In this document: piece after piece, positions 45,286-56,505 of the stretch
How the letters are laid out: each line of letters begins with the position of its first letter
Numbering within the stretch: position 1 is the stretch's first letter
NCBI GenBank assembly: GCA_018971675.1
Contig: JAGXAF010000001.1
Span: forward strand, 611-64,610
Direction of reading: 5' to 3'
Origin: Bradyrhizobium sp.
GTDB taxonomy: Bacteria > Pseudomonadota > Alphaproteobacteria > Rhizobiales > Xanthobacteraceae
Length of the DNA: 64,000 nucleotides
Translations under genes and position numbers: made by a program
The notes under the pieces: model-generated
Databases searched by the model: none
The model's input: only the letters and a program-made list of their open reading frames with translations
Told to the model about the DNA's origin: nothing

Positions 45286-46671
45286 TCAGTGGGCATCCGG
45301 GGCGGCGGCGGGCTTGTCGGCCGTGTTGTCGTTTGCGGCCTTGTCGTTCGCCGCCTTGTCGCCATTGGCGGCGGCGCTCGGATTGACCTTGATGCCATGC
45401 AGCAGATCGTCGGCCATCTTGAGCGCCTTGTCGTCCTTGGCGTCCGGCGGCACGTAGGATTGCGAGCCGGTCTTCTCGTCGCCGTCGGATTTCAGATGGC
45501 CGCGCAGCGAAGCTTCACCCTTGGTGTCGGTGCGCGACTTCAGTTCGTCCGGGACATCCTGCAGCACCTCGATATCGGGCACGATGCCCTTGGCCTGAAT
45601 CGATTTGCCCGAAGGGGTGTAGTAACGCGCCGTGGTCAGGCGCAACGCGCCATTGCCGGACCCGAGCGGAATGATGGTCTGCACCGAACCCTTGCCGAAC
45701 GAGCGGGTGCCGACCAGCGTCGCGCGCTTGTGATCCTGGAGTGCGCCGGCGACGATCTCCGAAGCCGAAGCCGAACCACCATTGATCAGCACGATCACCG
45801 GCTTGCCCTTGGTCAGGTCGCCCGGATGAGCCACGCGGCGCTGGGTTTCCTCGGCATTGCGGCCACGGGTGGAGACGATCTCGCCGCGGTCGAGGAAGGT
45901 GTCGGACACCGTCACCGCCTCTTCGAGCAGTCCACCGGGATTGTTCCTGAGGTCGATGATGTAGCCCTTGAGCTTGTCGCCGATCTGGCTCTGCAGGTTG
46001 CCGATTTCCTTCTTGAGGCCTTCGGTCGTCTGTTCGTTGAACGTGGTGATGCGAATATAGGCGATGTCGCCGCCTTCGACGTGCGCGCGCACCGAGCGGA
46101 CGCGGATGTTGTCGCGCACCAGCGTGATGTCGAGCGGTTTGTCCTGGCCCTTGCGGATGATCTTCAGCTTGATCTTGGTGTTGACCGGCCCGCGCATTTT
46201 CTCGACCGCCTGGTTGAGCGTGAGCCCCTGCACCGCTTCGTCGTCGAGATGGGTGATGATGTCGTTGGCCATGATGCCGGCCTTGGACGCCGGCGTGTCG
46301 TCGATCGGCGAGACCACCTTGATCAGGCCGTCTTCCATCGTGACCTCGATGCCGAGGCCGCCGAATTCGCCGCGGGTCTGCACCTGCATGTCGCGGAAGC
46401 TCTTGGCGTCCATGTAGCTCGAATGCGGATCGAGGCCCGAGAGCATGCCGCTGATGGCGGATTCGATCAGCTTGCTGTCATCAGGCTTCTCGACATAGTC
46501 GCTGCGGACACGCTCGAACACGTCGCCGAACAAATTGAGCTGACGATAGGTGTCGGCGGTGGCGGCACGCGCGCTCGATCCCATGAACACCGAGCGTGGC
46601 TGGGTCACGAACAGCATCGCAGCCGCGCCGGCAGCGGCGCTGAGAAGAACCAAAGTCGTCTTGCGCATCAT
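45286..46671 (-). CDS. ctpA: C-terminal processing protease, S41 family
   Basis: PDZ (GLGIEV), DLRNNPGG, SASASE, FGKGSVQ. Confidence 0.93.
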   Translation of the reverse strand: MMRKTTLVLLSAAAGAAAMLFVTQPRSVFMGSSARAATADTYRQLNLFGDVFERVRSDYVEKPDDSKLIESAISGMLSGLDPHSSYMDAKSFRDMQVQTRGEFGGLGIEVTMEDGLIKVVSPIDDTPASKAGIMANDIITHLDDEAVQGLTLNQAVEKMRGPVNTKIKLKIIRKGQDKPLDITLVRDNIRVRSVRAHVEGGDIAYIRITTFNEQTTEGLKKEIGNLQSQIGDKLKGYIIDLRNNPGGLLEEAVTVSDTFLDRGEIVSTRGRNAEETQRRVAHPGDLTKGKPVIVLINGGSASASEIVAGALQDHKRATLVGTRSFGKGSVQTIIPLGSGNGALRLTTARYYTPSGKSIQAKGIVPDIEVLQDVPDELKSRTDTKGEASLRGHLKSDGDEKTGSQSYVPPDAKDDKALKMADDLLHGIKVNPSAAANGDKAANDKAANDNTADKPAAAPDAH

Positions 46672-48047
46672 CCGCGAACCTTCTCGCCTTCATTTGCGGC
46701 CCACCATGGGCCGGGATCGATTGGAGTGCCGTCCTTACGGAACTCGATATAGAGCACGGGCTGACTCGCGCTGGCAGCGAGAATAGACGCGACCTGGGAG
46801 GTTGTCCCCATGGTCGCAACCGGCTCCCCCGTAAGTACAAACTGGCCGATGTTAACCGAAATGCGCTCCATCCCGGCGATCAGGACATGATACCCGCCAC
46901 CGGCATTGAGGATCAAGAGTTGTCCGTAACTGCGAAACGGACCCGCGTAGACAACCCAGCCATCACACGGGGTTGTGACCTGCGCGCCGGGCCGGGTTGC
47001 CAGGGAAATGCCTTTCTCGACACCGCCCACGCCGTCGGAACCGCCAAAATCACGAATCTTGGTACCGTTTACCGGCAGAGCAAATAAGCCCTTGGCAGCG
47101 GCAAAGGCGACCGCAGGGCTCATTCGCGACGGATCCTTGAGCGCTCCTAGATTCGGCTTGCCGTTGGGATTGGGTGGTGTCCCCTGCAGATTGGCAATGG
47201 CGGCCGCTTTCGCAGCGGCCTTGGAATCCTGCTCCATTTTCGCAATCAGGCCCTGGAGGCTGTCGACCTGTTTGGACAGCTCGACCGCACGTGCGCTTTC
47301 CGCCGCCATGTCCTTCTCGATCGAATTCTGCTGCCGCTGTCGTTCGTCGATCAGGGCTGCGAGCCTGATCTGATCTTTCTTGAGGTTGTCACGGTCGGCC
47401 GCCAACCGGTCGCGCCCGGTGGCGATGGTCTTGCGAAGCGCGACCAGTTCGCCGAGTTCGCCGGCGAGTTTCTGCGCACGGGCGCGCAACTCGGGCACCA
47501 CCGATCCTAGCAATATCGCGGTACGCAGCGACTCAAGCGCGTCCTCGGGGCGTACCAGCAGCGCCGGTGGCGAGCGGCGGCCCGCGCGTTGCAGAGCGGC
47601 CAGCACCTCGACAATTTCGGAGCGGCGCGAATCCAGTGAGCCGCGAATTTGCTGCTCGCGGGCATCGAGTGGCCGCAGCCGCGTCTCGGCGTCGTCGATC
47701 TTGGTCTCGACACCGCGCACCTGGGCTGCGATGTCGATCAACTGCTGATAGAGCTTGCTGCGATCCTGCCCGATGGCCGCGATGTCGGCCTTGAGTTTCT
47801 CCTGGGTGTCGGCGGCGCTCTTTTGCTGGGCGCGGGCGGCTTCCAGTTCCTGCTCGCGCTGCTTGATCTCGTCGGGTGACGGGCTCGAAGCCGGCGCGGG
47901 CGGCGTGGCCGCCACTTGCGCCGTTGCCGGCATGTTGCCGGAAAGTCCCGCCGACAGCAATGCGATCGAAAGCGGGATCCGGAATGCACGGAAATGGCCG
48001 CGGCGCACGGCGTCGAAACGCGAATCGGTATCCGGATTTCGCTGCAT
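46668..48047 (-). CDS. envC: murein hydrolase activator EnvC family (coiled coil + degenerate M23)
   Basis: Signal peptide, long coiled coil, G.V.YAG.FRSYG, LYIEFR.DG.PIDP; start uncertain (48047 or 48092). Confidence 0.85.
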   Translation of the reverse strand: MQRNPDTDSRFDAVRRGHFRAFRIPLSIALLSAGLSGNMPATAQVAATPPAPASSPSPDEIKQREQELEAARAQQKSAADTQEKLKADIAAIGQDRSKLYQQLIDIAAQVRGVETKIDDAETRLRPLDAREQQIRGSLDSRRSEIVEVLAALQRAGRRSPPALLVRPEDALESLRTAILLGSVVPELRARAQKLAGELGELVALRKTIATGRDRLAADRDNLKKDQIRLAALIDERQRQQNSIEKDMAAESARAVELSKQVDSLQGLIAKMEQDSKAAAKAAAIANLQGTPPNPNGKPNLGALKDPSRMSPAVAFAAAKGLFALPVNGTKIRDFGGSDGVGGVEKGISLATRPGAQVTTPCDGWVVYAGPFRSYGQLLILNAGGGYHVLIAGMERISVNIGQFVLTGEPVATMGTTSQVASILAASASQPVLYIEFRKDGTPIDPGPWWAANEGEKVRG

Positions 48048-48088
48048 CGAACCCTGATCGGTGCCCTTGTCGCCTGTGCCCGCGCGGC

Positions 48089-48571
48089 TCACGCGCGGTG
48101 ATAGGGATGAGCGGCCAGAATGGTGGCGGCTCGGTAAATCTGTTCCAGAAGCATGACGCGGACCATTTGATGCGGCCAGGTCGCCGAGCCGAATGCAATG
48201 TCGAGTTTCGCTTTGCGCCGTAAATCGGGCGAAAGTCCGTCGGCGCCGCCGATCGCAAAAATGGCCTGGGCAACCGCATCGTCCCGCCAGCGGCCGAGTT
48301 GCCGGGCAAAACTGGCGCTATCGAGGTTGTCGCCGCGCTCGTCCAGCGCCACCAACACCGACTTCTCAGGGACGATGGTGGAAATCGCCGCGGCTTCCTC
48401 GGCGATCCGGGTGGCGGTGTCGCGGGCTCTGCTCTCGGGAATCTCGCGAATTTCAAGGCCGCGAAAGCCGAGCTTGCGGCCGATATCGTCGAAGCGCTTG
48501 CGATAGCGCTCAACCAGCTCCTGCTCAGGGCCCTGCTTCAGCCGGCCGATGGAAACGATGACAAGGCGCAT
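48089..48571 (-). CDS. rlmH: 23S rRNA pseudouridine1915 methyltransferase
   Basis: LDERG, IGGADG, TWPHQMVR..L.EQIYRA..I....PYHR. Confidence 0.96.
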   Translation of the reverse strand: MRLVIVSIGRLKQGPEQELVERYRKRFDDIGRKLGFRGLEIREIPESRARDTATRIAEEAAAISTIVPEKSVLVALDERGDNLDSASFARQLGRWRDDAVAQAIFAIGGADGLSPDLRRKAKLDIAFGSATWPHQMVRVMLLEQIYRAATILAAHPYHRA

Positions 48572-48686
48572 TCAAAGCATTTTCCGGCAAAGTTAGACCG
48601 GTTTGTGCAGTGCGCGATCGGCACGCGCAAATCGCTGCGCGCCGCATGTTACCATGCGTTCGGGCCGATTCGCACCGGCTCAAGCC

Positions 48687-49193
48687 TCAGATCGCCGTCG
48701 CCGCCGCAGGCTCCTGCGTCCACAATCGTTCCAGATTGTAGAACTCGCGCACCTCGGGTCGAAAGACGTGCACGATCACGTCGCCGGAATCGATCAGCAC
48801 CCAGTCGCAATTGGGCAAGCCCTCGACGTGGACACCTTTGATGCCGGTTTCCTTGAGACCCTTGGTGACATTTTCCGCAATCGCGCCGACGTGCCGGTTT
48901 ACCCGGCCCGTGGTGACGACCATGTAGTCGGAAAATGCTGATTTGCCGCGGAGGTCGATGGTGACAGTTTCTTCCGCCTTCATGTCGTCGAGGCGGGAGA
49001 GGATCATGTTCAGGGTCGTGTCGGCGGCCGCTTGCGCCTCCAAGACTTGTGCCTCCAAGACTTGTGCCTTCAAGACTTGCGCCTTTGTCGATGTTTTACG
49101 CGTCTTGGACTTAGCTGACCCGGACTTAGCTGCCCCAGACTTGGTTGACATAGACTTGGCTGACACAGATTTGGACAATACGGATGTGGCCAG
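48687..49193 (-). CDS. rsfS: ribosome silencing factor RsfS with repeat-expanded N-terminus (probable CTG start)
   Basis: DMKAE, DYMVV.TG, WVLID.GDVIVHVF..EVR.FY.LE.LW; SD AAAGGA 7 nt before in-frame CTG at 49193. Confidence 0.9.
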   Translation of the reverse strand: MATSVLSKSVSAKSMSTKSGAAKSGSAKSKTRKTSTKAQVLKAQVLEAQVLEAQAAADTTLNMILSRLDDMKAEETVTIDLRGKSAFSDYMVVTTGRVNRHVGAIAENVTKGLKETGIKGVHVEGLPNCDWVLIDSGDVIVHVFRPEVREFYNLERLWTQEPAAATAI

Positions 49194-49298
49194 GGACCAT
49201 TCCTTTCACTGTATCGCGAACGCCGAATCCTCCGGCGCCCGCCGACCATACTACGCATGTGGGGTTAATGGTTTCAATATTCCAGTAACCCTGTCGCG

Positions 49299-49946
49299 TC
49301 ACTTCCTCCAGCTACCGTCCGGGTTCCGCAATCCGGTGGACGACAGATTGAGCTTCATCCCGGTCAGGAAGGTCCAGGCGGGCGCGCGCTGGTCGGCGAG
49401 CCGGCCGGCCCTGCTCTCGGGCAGGCGGAAATTTGCCAGCGCCTGCGCCGCGGGCGAGGAAAGTGCGCGAAAGCTCTGCGGCGGGCGGTCGATGACGGCA
49501 ATCGGCACCTCGGAGGCGATACCCCGCCAGTTTTGCCAACGATGGAACTGCGCGAGATTGTCGGCGCCCATGATCCAGACCAGGCGCAGGCCGGAGGCGC
49601 GGCGGCGCAGATATGCAATCGTATCGTAAGTGTAGCGGGTTCCAATGACAGCTTCGAGACCGCTGACATCGATGCGCGGATCGTTGGCTACTCGGCGTGC
49701 CGCCTCGGCCCGTTGATCCAGGTCATGCAGGCCGCCATTATCCTTGAGCGGATTGCCCGGCGTCACCAGCCACCAGACCCGGTCGAGGTTCAGGCGCTTG
49801 ATCGCAAACAGGCTGATGGCCCGATGGGCGGCATGCGGCGGATTGAATGAGCCGCCGAGCAGGCCGATCCGCATGCCGTCGGCATAGAACGGGACCGCCC
49901 GCACGACAGGGCGCGACGCGGTTGGCGCTTCCTTCAACGGATCCAC
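49299..49946 (-). CDS. nadD: nicotinate-nucleotide adenylyltransferase
   Basis: [21 protein letters not shown]. Confidence 0.95.
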   Translation of the reverse strand: MDPLKEAPTASRPVVRAVPFYADGMRIGLLGGSFNPPHAAHRAISLFAIKRLNLDRVWWLVTPGNPLKDNGGLHDLDQRAEAARRVANDPRIDVSGLEAVIGTRYTYDTIAYLRRRASGLRLVWIMGADNLAQFHRWQNWRGIASEVPIAVIDRPPQSFRALSSPAAQALANFRLPESRAGRLADQRAPAWTFLTGMKLNLSSTGLRNPDGSWRK

Positions 49947-49966
49947 GGCACCCGCGAGACTGTCGT

Positions 49967-50037
49967 CTTTTCCTCACGCGAAACGATCACCGCTCCGGAT
50001 CGCGTCCGGGGCAGGCTTTCGCTTGAAAACGCCCTGA
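49967..50037 (-). repeat. family A repeat (minus strand) with variant insert
   Basis: Reverse complement GGGCGTTTTCAAGCGAAA-GCCTGCCCCGGACGCGATCCGGAG-CGGTGATCGTTTCGCGTGAGGAAAA. Confidence 0.7.
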
Positions 50038-50040
50038 TGT

Positions 50041-51333
50041 TCACGGCCGCGTCTGTCCGGTGCCAAGGACGCGATATTTGAAGCTGGTCAGTTGCTCGGC
50101 GCCGACCGGACCGCGGGCATGGAATTTCCCGGTAGCGATCCCGATCTCCGCGCCGAAGCCGAACTCACCGCCATCGGCGAATTGCGTCGAGGCATTGTGC
50201 AGCACGATTGCCGAGTCGACCTCGTTGAGAAACTTGCGCGCGGCGTTGTCGTCCTCGGTCACGATCGCATCGGTGTGGTGTGAGCCGTGGTCGTGGATAT
50301 GCGCGATCGCCGCGTCGACGCCATCGACCACTTTCGCTGCGATGATGGCGTCCTCATATTCGGTATCCCAGTCTTCTTCGGTCGCGGGCCTTACCCGGGC
50401 ATCGACGCGTTGCACGGCGTCGTCGCCGCGCACTTCGCAGCCGGCCTCGATCAGCATGGTGACGAGCGGCTTCAGGCTTTCCGCGGCGCCCGAGCGATCG
50501 ACCAGCAAGGTCTCGGCAGCGCCGCAGACGCCGGGACGGCGCATCTTGGCATTGAGCACGATCGACTTCGCCATTTCCAGATTGGCGGCGTGATCGACAT
50601 ACACATGATTGACGCCCTCGAGATGCGCGAACACCGGCACGCGCGCCTCGGCCTCGACGCGGGCCACGAGACTCTTGCCGCCGCGCGGCACGATGACGTC
50701 GATGCCGCCGTTCAATCCGGTCAGCAGCAGGCCTACCGCTGCGCGGTCGCGGGTCGGCACCAATGTGATGGCGGCCTCCGGCAGGCCCGCCTCGCGCAAT
50801 CCCTGCACCAGGCAGGCGTGGATGGCGCGGCAGGAGCGGAAACTGTCGGAGCCGCCGCGCAGGATCACCGCGTTGCCGGATTTCAGACACAGCACGCCGG
50901 CATCGGCGGCGACATTGGGACGGCTTTCGAAGATCACCGCCACCACGCCGAGCGGCACGCGGACGCGCTCGATGGTCATGCCGTTCGGCCGCCGCCAGCT
51001 CTCGATCACGCGGCCCACCGGATCGGGAATGTCGCGCACGGTCCTGATGCCGTCGGCGATCGCATCGATGCGCGCCTGTGTCAGCGTCAGCCGGTCGATG
51101 AAGGCAGAGGTCGCGCCATGGCCGCGAACCTCGGCGACATCCTCGGCATTGGCAGCGAGGATTACCGAGGCCTGGGCCCGGATCGCCTGCTCCATCGCAT
51201 CGAGCGCGCGATTTTTCTGCTCGGCCGAGGCAACACCCAGGACCCGGGCGGCGGCGCGTGCATGCGTGGCCAGATCGGCCATCAGGGCCGGCAGATCGGC
51301 GTTTCCGTCGATAGCCTTTAGTGGTGCGCTCAT
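50041..51333 (-). CDS. proA: glutamate-5-semialdehyde dehydrogenase
   Basis: [39 protein letters not shown]; start could be 51360. Confidence 0.96.
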   Translation of the reverse strand: MSAPLKAIDGNADLPALMADLATHARAAARVLGVASAEQKNRALDAMEQAIRAQASVILAANAEDVAEVRGHGATSAFIDRLTLTQARIDAIADGIRTVRDIPDPVGRVIESWRRPNGMTIERVRVPLGVVAVIFESRPNVAADAGVLCLKSGNAVILRGGSDSFRSCRAIHACLVQGLREAGLPEAAITLVPTRDRAAVGLLLTGLNGGIDVIVPRGGKSLVARVEAEARVPVFAHLEGVNHVYVDHAANLEMAKSIVLNAKMRRPGVCGAAETLLVDRSGAAESLKPLVTMLIEAGCEVRGDDAVQRVDARVRPATEEDWDTEYEDAIIAAKVVDGVDAAIAHIHDHGSHHTDAIVTEDDNAARKFLNEVDSAIVLHNASTQFADGGEFGFGAEIGIATGKFHARGPVGAEQLTSFKYRVLGTGQTRP

Positions 51334-51453
51334 ATCGGTTCCAGCGTTCGTCAGCGCCATCTCCTAGCATGGAAATCTCAGGGAAATCCACGTCCGGCGG
51401 CGTGCGGCGAGGCGATTGCGAGGCGGATCGCTGCGCTCAAGGCCGATGGCCCA

Positions 51454-51527
51454 CAGCGTTTTCGAGCGAAGCATGCCCTCGGGCTTGATCCGTGGGTGGA
51501 TACCGGTTCGCGTAAATAAAACGCGTC
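51454..51527 (+). repeat. family A repeat with 25-nt insert
   Basis: About 4 differences over ~73 bp versus 1627-1698. Confidence 0.85.
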
Positions 51528-52669
51528 TAGCCGGCGGAAGGCGTTCGGTTCGGACCCACCACCAGGTCGTCCCGGTGGATCATTTCCGCCCGCCCGGTAA
51601 TGCCGAGGATCACCGCCACATCCGGCGACGAGCGTCCCTTGATCTGGTCAGCCTCCCCGGCGTCGTAGGCGACCAGGCCACGACCGACCTCATGGGCGTC
51701 GGGGCCGCGCACCACCACGGCATCGCCACGGGCGAATTGCCCGTCGATCCGGATCACGCCGGCGGGAAGCAGGCTTTTGCCCGCGCGCAGCGCGCTTACC
51801 GCCCCGGCGTCGATGGTTAGCGTACCCTTCGGCTCCAGCGAGCCCGCGATCCAGCGCTTTCGCGCGGTGACAGGATTGGCTCGCGTCAAGAACCATGTGC
51901 AGCGGCCGCCCTCGGCGATCGCCCGCAGCGGGTGTCCGATCTTGCCTGATGCGATCAGCATATGCGTGCCGGCGGTGGTGGCGATCTTGGCGGCCTCGAT
52001 CTTGGTGTACATGCCGCCGCGCGACAATTCCGATTCGGCGGCGCCAGCCATCGCTTCGATATCGGATGTCACGGAATGCACGATCGGAATCAGCTTTGCA
52101 TCGGGATTGCGGCCGGGTGGCGCGTCGTAGAGGCCGTCGATGTCCGAGAGCAGGATCAGGAGGTCGGCGCTGGTCATGGTGGCGACGCGCGCGGCGAGGC
52201 GGTCGTTGTCGCCATAGCGGATTTCGTTGGTGGCCACCGTGTCGTTCTCGTTGATCACGGGCACCGCGCGCCATTCCAAAAGCTTGGCGATGGTCGAGCG
52301 CGCGTTGAGGTAACGCCGGCGCTCCTCGGTGTCCTGCAAGGTCACGAGGATCTGACCGGCGCCGATGCCGTGATGCCCCAGCACCTCGGACCAGATCCGC
52401 GCCAGCGCGATCTGTCCCACCGCGGCCGCGGCCTGGCTTTCCTCGAGCTTCAGCGTGCCGCGCGGCAATTTCAGCCGGCTGCGTCCCAGGGCGATCGAAC
52501 CGGACGACACGACCAGGAGTTCGCGGCCTTCCTTGTGCAGTTTCGCCAGATCATCCGCCAGCGCCGCGAGCCATGACGCCCGGACTTCACCGGCGTCCGA
52601 ATCGATCAGGAGCGACGAGCCGACCTTGACGACGATACGGCGGAATTTTTTTAAGGAAGGGCGGACCAT
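51527..52669 (-). CDS. proB: glutamate 5-kinase
   Basis: VVKVGSS, VSSG, INEND, GDND.L, GGM.TK, PUA domain. Confidence 0.97.
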   Translation of the reverse strand: MVRPSLKKFRRIVVKVGSSLLIDSDAGEVRASWLAALADDLAKLHKEGRELLVVSSGSIALGRSRLKLPRGTLKLEESQAAAAVGQIALARIWSEVLGHHGIGAGQILVTLQDTEERRRYLNARSTIAKLLEWRAVPVINENDTVATNEIRYGDNDRLAARVATMTSADLLILLSDIDGLYDAPPGRNPDAKLIPIVHSVTSDIEAMAGAAESELSRGGMYTKIEAAKIATTAGTHMLIASGKIGHPLRAIAEGGRCTWFLTRANPVTARKRWIAGSLEPKGTLTIDAGAVSALRAGKSLLPAGVIRIDGQFARGDAVVVRGPDAHEVGRGLVAYDAGEADQIKGRSSPDVAVILGITGRAEMIHRDDLVVGPNRTPSAG

Positions 52670-52792
52670 GACGGGCTTTTAGCAAATATTTCCGACGGAG
52701 GTCACGGCGGAAGGTGAGTGAAAGGTGGCTATGATTGAAACTCCGTATCGCTGCCAATGGCAGCGATACGGACCACCAGTGAAGACGGACGG

Positions 52793-53170
52793 TCAGCCCA
52801 TCACGAAGGCGTTGAGCTTGTTGCCGTCGAGGTCCCTGAAATAGGCGGCGTAAAATCCGCCGTTACCGCGCGGGCCCGGAGGGCCTTCATCGGTGCCGCC
52901 AAGCGACAGCGCGAGCTTATAGATACGATCGACTTGCGCCCTGTCGCGCGCCGCCAGCGCGACCATAACGCCGTTGCCGACGGTCATCGGCTTGCCATCG
53001 AAAGGTTGCGTCACACCCAACCCGGCGCCGCCATCGGCCGATCCCCAGGCAACAAAGGTGTCGGTTTCCATGAAGCGCCCGATGCCCATCTCGGCAGCGA
53101 TCTTGTCGTAGAAGGCGGCAGATTTCTTGAGGTCCTTGGTGCCCAAGGTGACATAGCCGATCATCGACAT
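52793..53170 (-). CDS. VOC/glyoxalase family protein
   Basis: IGYVTLG, GNG.M.AL, GG.DEG.PG.R, FY.AYFRDLDGNK. Confidence 0.88.
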   Translation of the reverse strand: MSMIGYVTLGTKDLKKSAAFYDKIAAEMGIGRFMETDTFVAWGSADGGAGLGVTQPFDGKPMTVGNGVMVALAARDRAQVDRIYKLALSLGGTDEGPPGPRGNGGFYAAYFRDLDGNKLNAFVMG

Positions 53171-53261
53171 CTCCCTAACGATTGTTGGAATTGCGTTGAG
53201 CCTTGCAGGAACGCGCCGGTGGTTCGAATGGTCTGAAGTATGCTTCTGAAGTATGCTCAGG

Positions 53262-54326
<1,065 letters not shown>

Positions 54327-54424
54327 CTAGGGCAGGGGAGACGGTGCGGCAACCCTCGGGGCGCGCGCCGGGGCATTGCGGCGGCAAGGAGCCTGCCGCC
54401 AGTTCGCCGGCGGGAGCTGTGCCA

Positions 54425-54556
54425 TCGTCGCCCGGCGCCTGTCCTCGACCCGATCGGGGATGACCTGGCGATCCAGTATTCCAGAGCACTCGTGATTGAA
54501 CATGATTGAATATGGGCGCCCTGGAATGCCGGGTCCCCGCTTTCGCGGGGACGACA
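54425..54556. repeat. REP-like composite element with nested hairpin module
   Basis: TCGTCGCCCGGC[GCCTGTCCTCGACCCGATCGGGG]ATGACCTGGCGATCCAGTATTCCAG...CTGGAATGCCGGGTCCCCGCTTTCGCGGGGACGACA. Confidence 0.7.
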
Positions 54557-54564
54557 ATTGAGCG

Positions 54565-55164
54565 CTACCGCGACCGCCGGGTCGAGCTGCCCCAGTTCTT
54601 CAGCGACGCCCAGACGCTGCGCGACAGGCGGAAGCAATCGACGGGCGTCGATGATCCCAGCGCCTCGAAGCGATGCAACTCGACGCCGGTCCACTGGAAG
54701 CCGCATTTTTCCAGGATATTGCGCGACGCCGGGTTGGTGACCCGGGCGCCGGCGATCAAATGCTCGACGGCGAATTCCCCGAAGGTGAAATCGATCGCCG
54801 CGCGCGCGGCCTCGGTGCCAAATCCCTGGCCCCAATGCTCGACGCCGAGCCAGTAGCCGAGCTCGGGTGCATCCGGCTCGCGCCAGTCGACGCCGACCAT
54901 GCCGACTGGCACAAAATTATTCTCGATCAGGAATACGGTCTCGCGCGGGTCATCCGCCAGCGCGCCGACGAACTCGGCGGCATGATCCTGCCGATAGGGA
55001 TGCGGCAGGCGGCGGGTACTCTCCGCAATGCGGCGATCATTGGCGAGAAGCGCAATTGCCTTTACGTCCGCGAGCGTCGGCCGGCGCAGCGTCAGCCGTT
55101 CGGTCTCGAGGACGCAACTTCTCGCTTCGCGCAATGTCGTGGGTGTCGGTAGATCCTGCAACAT
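54565..55164 (-). CDS. GNAT N-acetyltransferase, RimJ/RimL family
   Basis: LETERL.LR, ELGYWLG..HWG.G..TEA, N.AS..ILEKCGF. Confidence 0.9.
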   Translation of the reverse strand: MLQDLPTPTTLREARSCVLETERLTLRRPTLADVKAIALLANDRRIAESTRRLPHPYRQDHAAEFVGALADDPRETVFLIENNFVPVGMVGVDWREPDAPELGYWLGVEHWGQGFGTEAARAAIDFTFGEFAVEHLIAGARVTNPASRNILEKCGFQWTGVELHRFEALGSSTPVDCFRLSRSVWASLKNWGSSTRRSR

Positions 55165-55196
55165 CTCGGGCTCCTGGGTGCGAAAATACGCGCAAC

Positions 55197-55226
55197 AAAA
55201 AAGGGAAGCTGGTTTCCCGCTTCCCC
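55197..55226 (-). terminator. intrinsic terminator after rpmA
   Basis: GGGAAGC-GGGAAACCA-GCTTCCC-TTTTTT on minus strand. Confidence 0.75.
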
Positions 55227-55288
55227 GTTGGAGCCTCTGCGAGCTCCGCCGGTTCAACAGGATCCGGCGGACTCGATTTATCCGTCGG

Positions 55289-55561
55289 TTATTCGGCTGC
55301 GGCTTCCGTTACTGGAACTACCGATACGAAAGTGCGGCCATTGGCTTTTGCACGAAACTCGACATGGCCTTCGATCTTGGCGAACAAAGTATGGTCAGTG
55401 CCCATGCCGACATTAAGGCCGGGATGCCAGGTGGTACCGCGCTGACGCGCGATGATGTTGCCGGGAACCACGTGCTCGCCGCCATACACCTTGATCCCGA
55501 GTCGCTTGCCCGCCGAATCGCGGCCGTTGCGCGATGAACCGCCTGCTTTTTTGTGAGCCAT
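55289..55561 (-). CDS. rpmA: 50S ribosomal protein L27
   Basis: [16 protein letters not shown]. Confidence 0.99.
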   Translation of the reverse strand: MAHKKAGGSSRNGRDSAGKRLGIKVYGGEHVVPGNIIARQRGTTWHPGLNVGMGTDHTLFAKIEGHVEFRAKANGRTFVSVVPVTEAAAE

Positions 55562-55685
55562 GGCTCGTCTCCAAACTCTCGCTGAACCCTAGATCAATTC
55601 CTTGACAGAATTATTCCGGTTTTTTCTCGCTTCATCTGGAAGCGATCACTTTTTCTCGCGGTTGCCTTTACGTTTCGCGGGCGGG

Positions 55686-56141
55686 CTATTTGGCCGCCTT
55701 TTTCTTGGCAGTAGCCGCCTTTTTCGCCGGCGCCTTTTTCTTGACGGCCTTCGGCGCCTCGTCGTCGCCCTCGGCCGGTTTCGCCGCCACCTTCTCGCGC
55801 TTCGGGCGCGGGCCGATGGTCGGCTTGTTGTCGTTGGTCAGGATCTCGGTGATGCGCAGCACCGTGATCTCATCGCGATAGCCGCGTTTGCGGCGTGAAT
55901 TCTTGCGGCGGCGCTTCTTGAACGAAATCACCTTGGGGCCGCGCTTGTGCTGCAGCACTTCGGCCGCGACCGAGGCGCCCGCCACCGTGGGCGTGCCAAG
56001 CACCGGCGCATCGCCGCCGACCAGCAGAACTTCGCCAAGCTGCACGATCGTCCCGACATCGCCGGCGATCTTGCCAATCTCGAGCACATCATCCGGAACG
56101 ACGCGGTACTGCCGGCCGCCGGTTTTGATGACTGCGAACAT
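55686..56141 (-). CDS. rplU: 50S ribosomal protein L21
   Basis: MFAVIKTGGRQY, KKRRRK; Lys/Ala-rich tail. Confidence 0.98.
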   Translation of the reverse strand: MFAVIKTGGRQYRVVPDDVLEIGKIAGDVGTIVQLGEVLLVGGDAPVLGTPTVAGASVAAEVLQHKRGPKVISFKKRRRKNSRRKRGYRDEITVLRITEILTNDNKPTIGPRPKREKVAAKPAEGDDEAPKAVKKKAPAKKAATAKKKAAK

Positions 56142-56330
56142 CGTTTAATTCCTTCGTGTTCGATCCCGGCCTCGGCGTCATTCCCAAGGGATTTAGTTCC
56201 CAAAGGGACTTGTCCGGGCCGGCTTTTTCTTCAGTCGTTTAAGGGATCGATTTTCGCGCGTACAGGAAGCGGTCCCATAAACCCGCGCAAAAACAAACAG
56301 CGCAGGAAAACCCGCGCCGGATCGGCCGGA

Positions 56331-56358
56331 CTTATAGCGGGTGCCCGGCTCAAGTCAA
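56331..56358 (-). promoter_or_regulatory. sigma70-type promoter of rplU-rpmA
   Basis: Minus strand TTGACT-N16-TATAAG. Confidence 0.6.
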
Positions 56359-56446
56359 GCAGAAGCTGCCCGAAACCGGCCCAAATCCCGGCGATTGCGG
56401 GTATTCTGGCGATCCGGAGCTTTTTCGGCCCGCTCGTTCCAGAGGT

Positions 56447-56471
56447 GAAACAAACGGGTTCCCCGCCCGTT
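56447..56471 (+). promoter_or_regulatory. EcfG/sigmaT-like promoter upstream of the ROK gene
   Basis: GAAAC-N16-CGTT, 34 nt before ATG. Confidence 0.4.
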
Positions 56472-56505
56472 GTCGTGACGGTTCCGACAGCGGCAATGGG
56501 GCGAA

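Noticed and set aside
48573-48630. Highly degenerate family A repeat between rlmH and rsfS
   Set aside because: Only weak similarity (AGCATTTTCCGGCAAAGTTAGACCGGTTTG); not listed as a feature.
56170-56212. TTCCCAAGGGA/TTCCCAAAGGGA duplication in the rplU leader as a ribosomal-protein leader RNA
   Set aside because: Cannot support a conserved structure without alignments; may be simple slippage.
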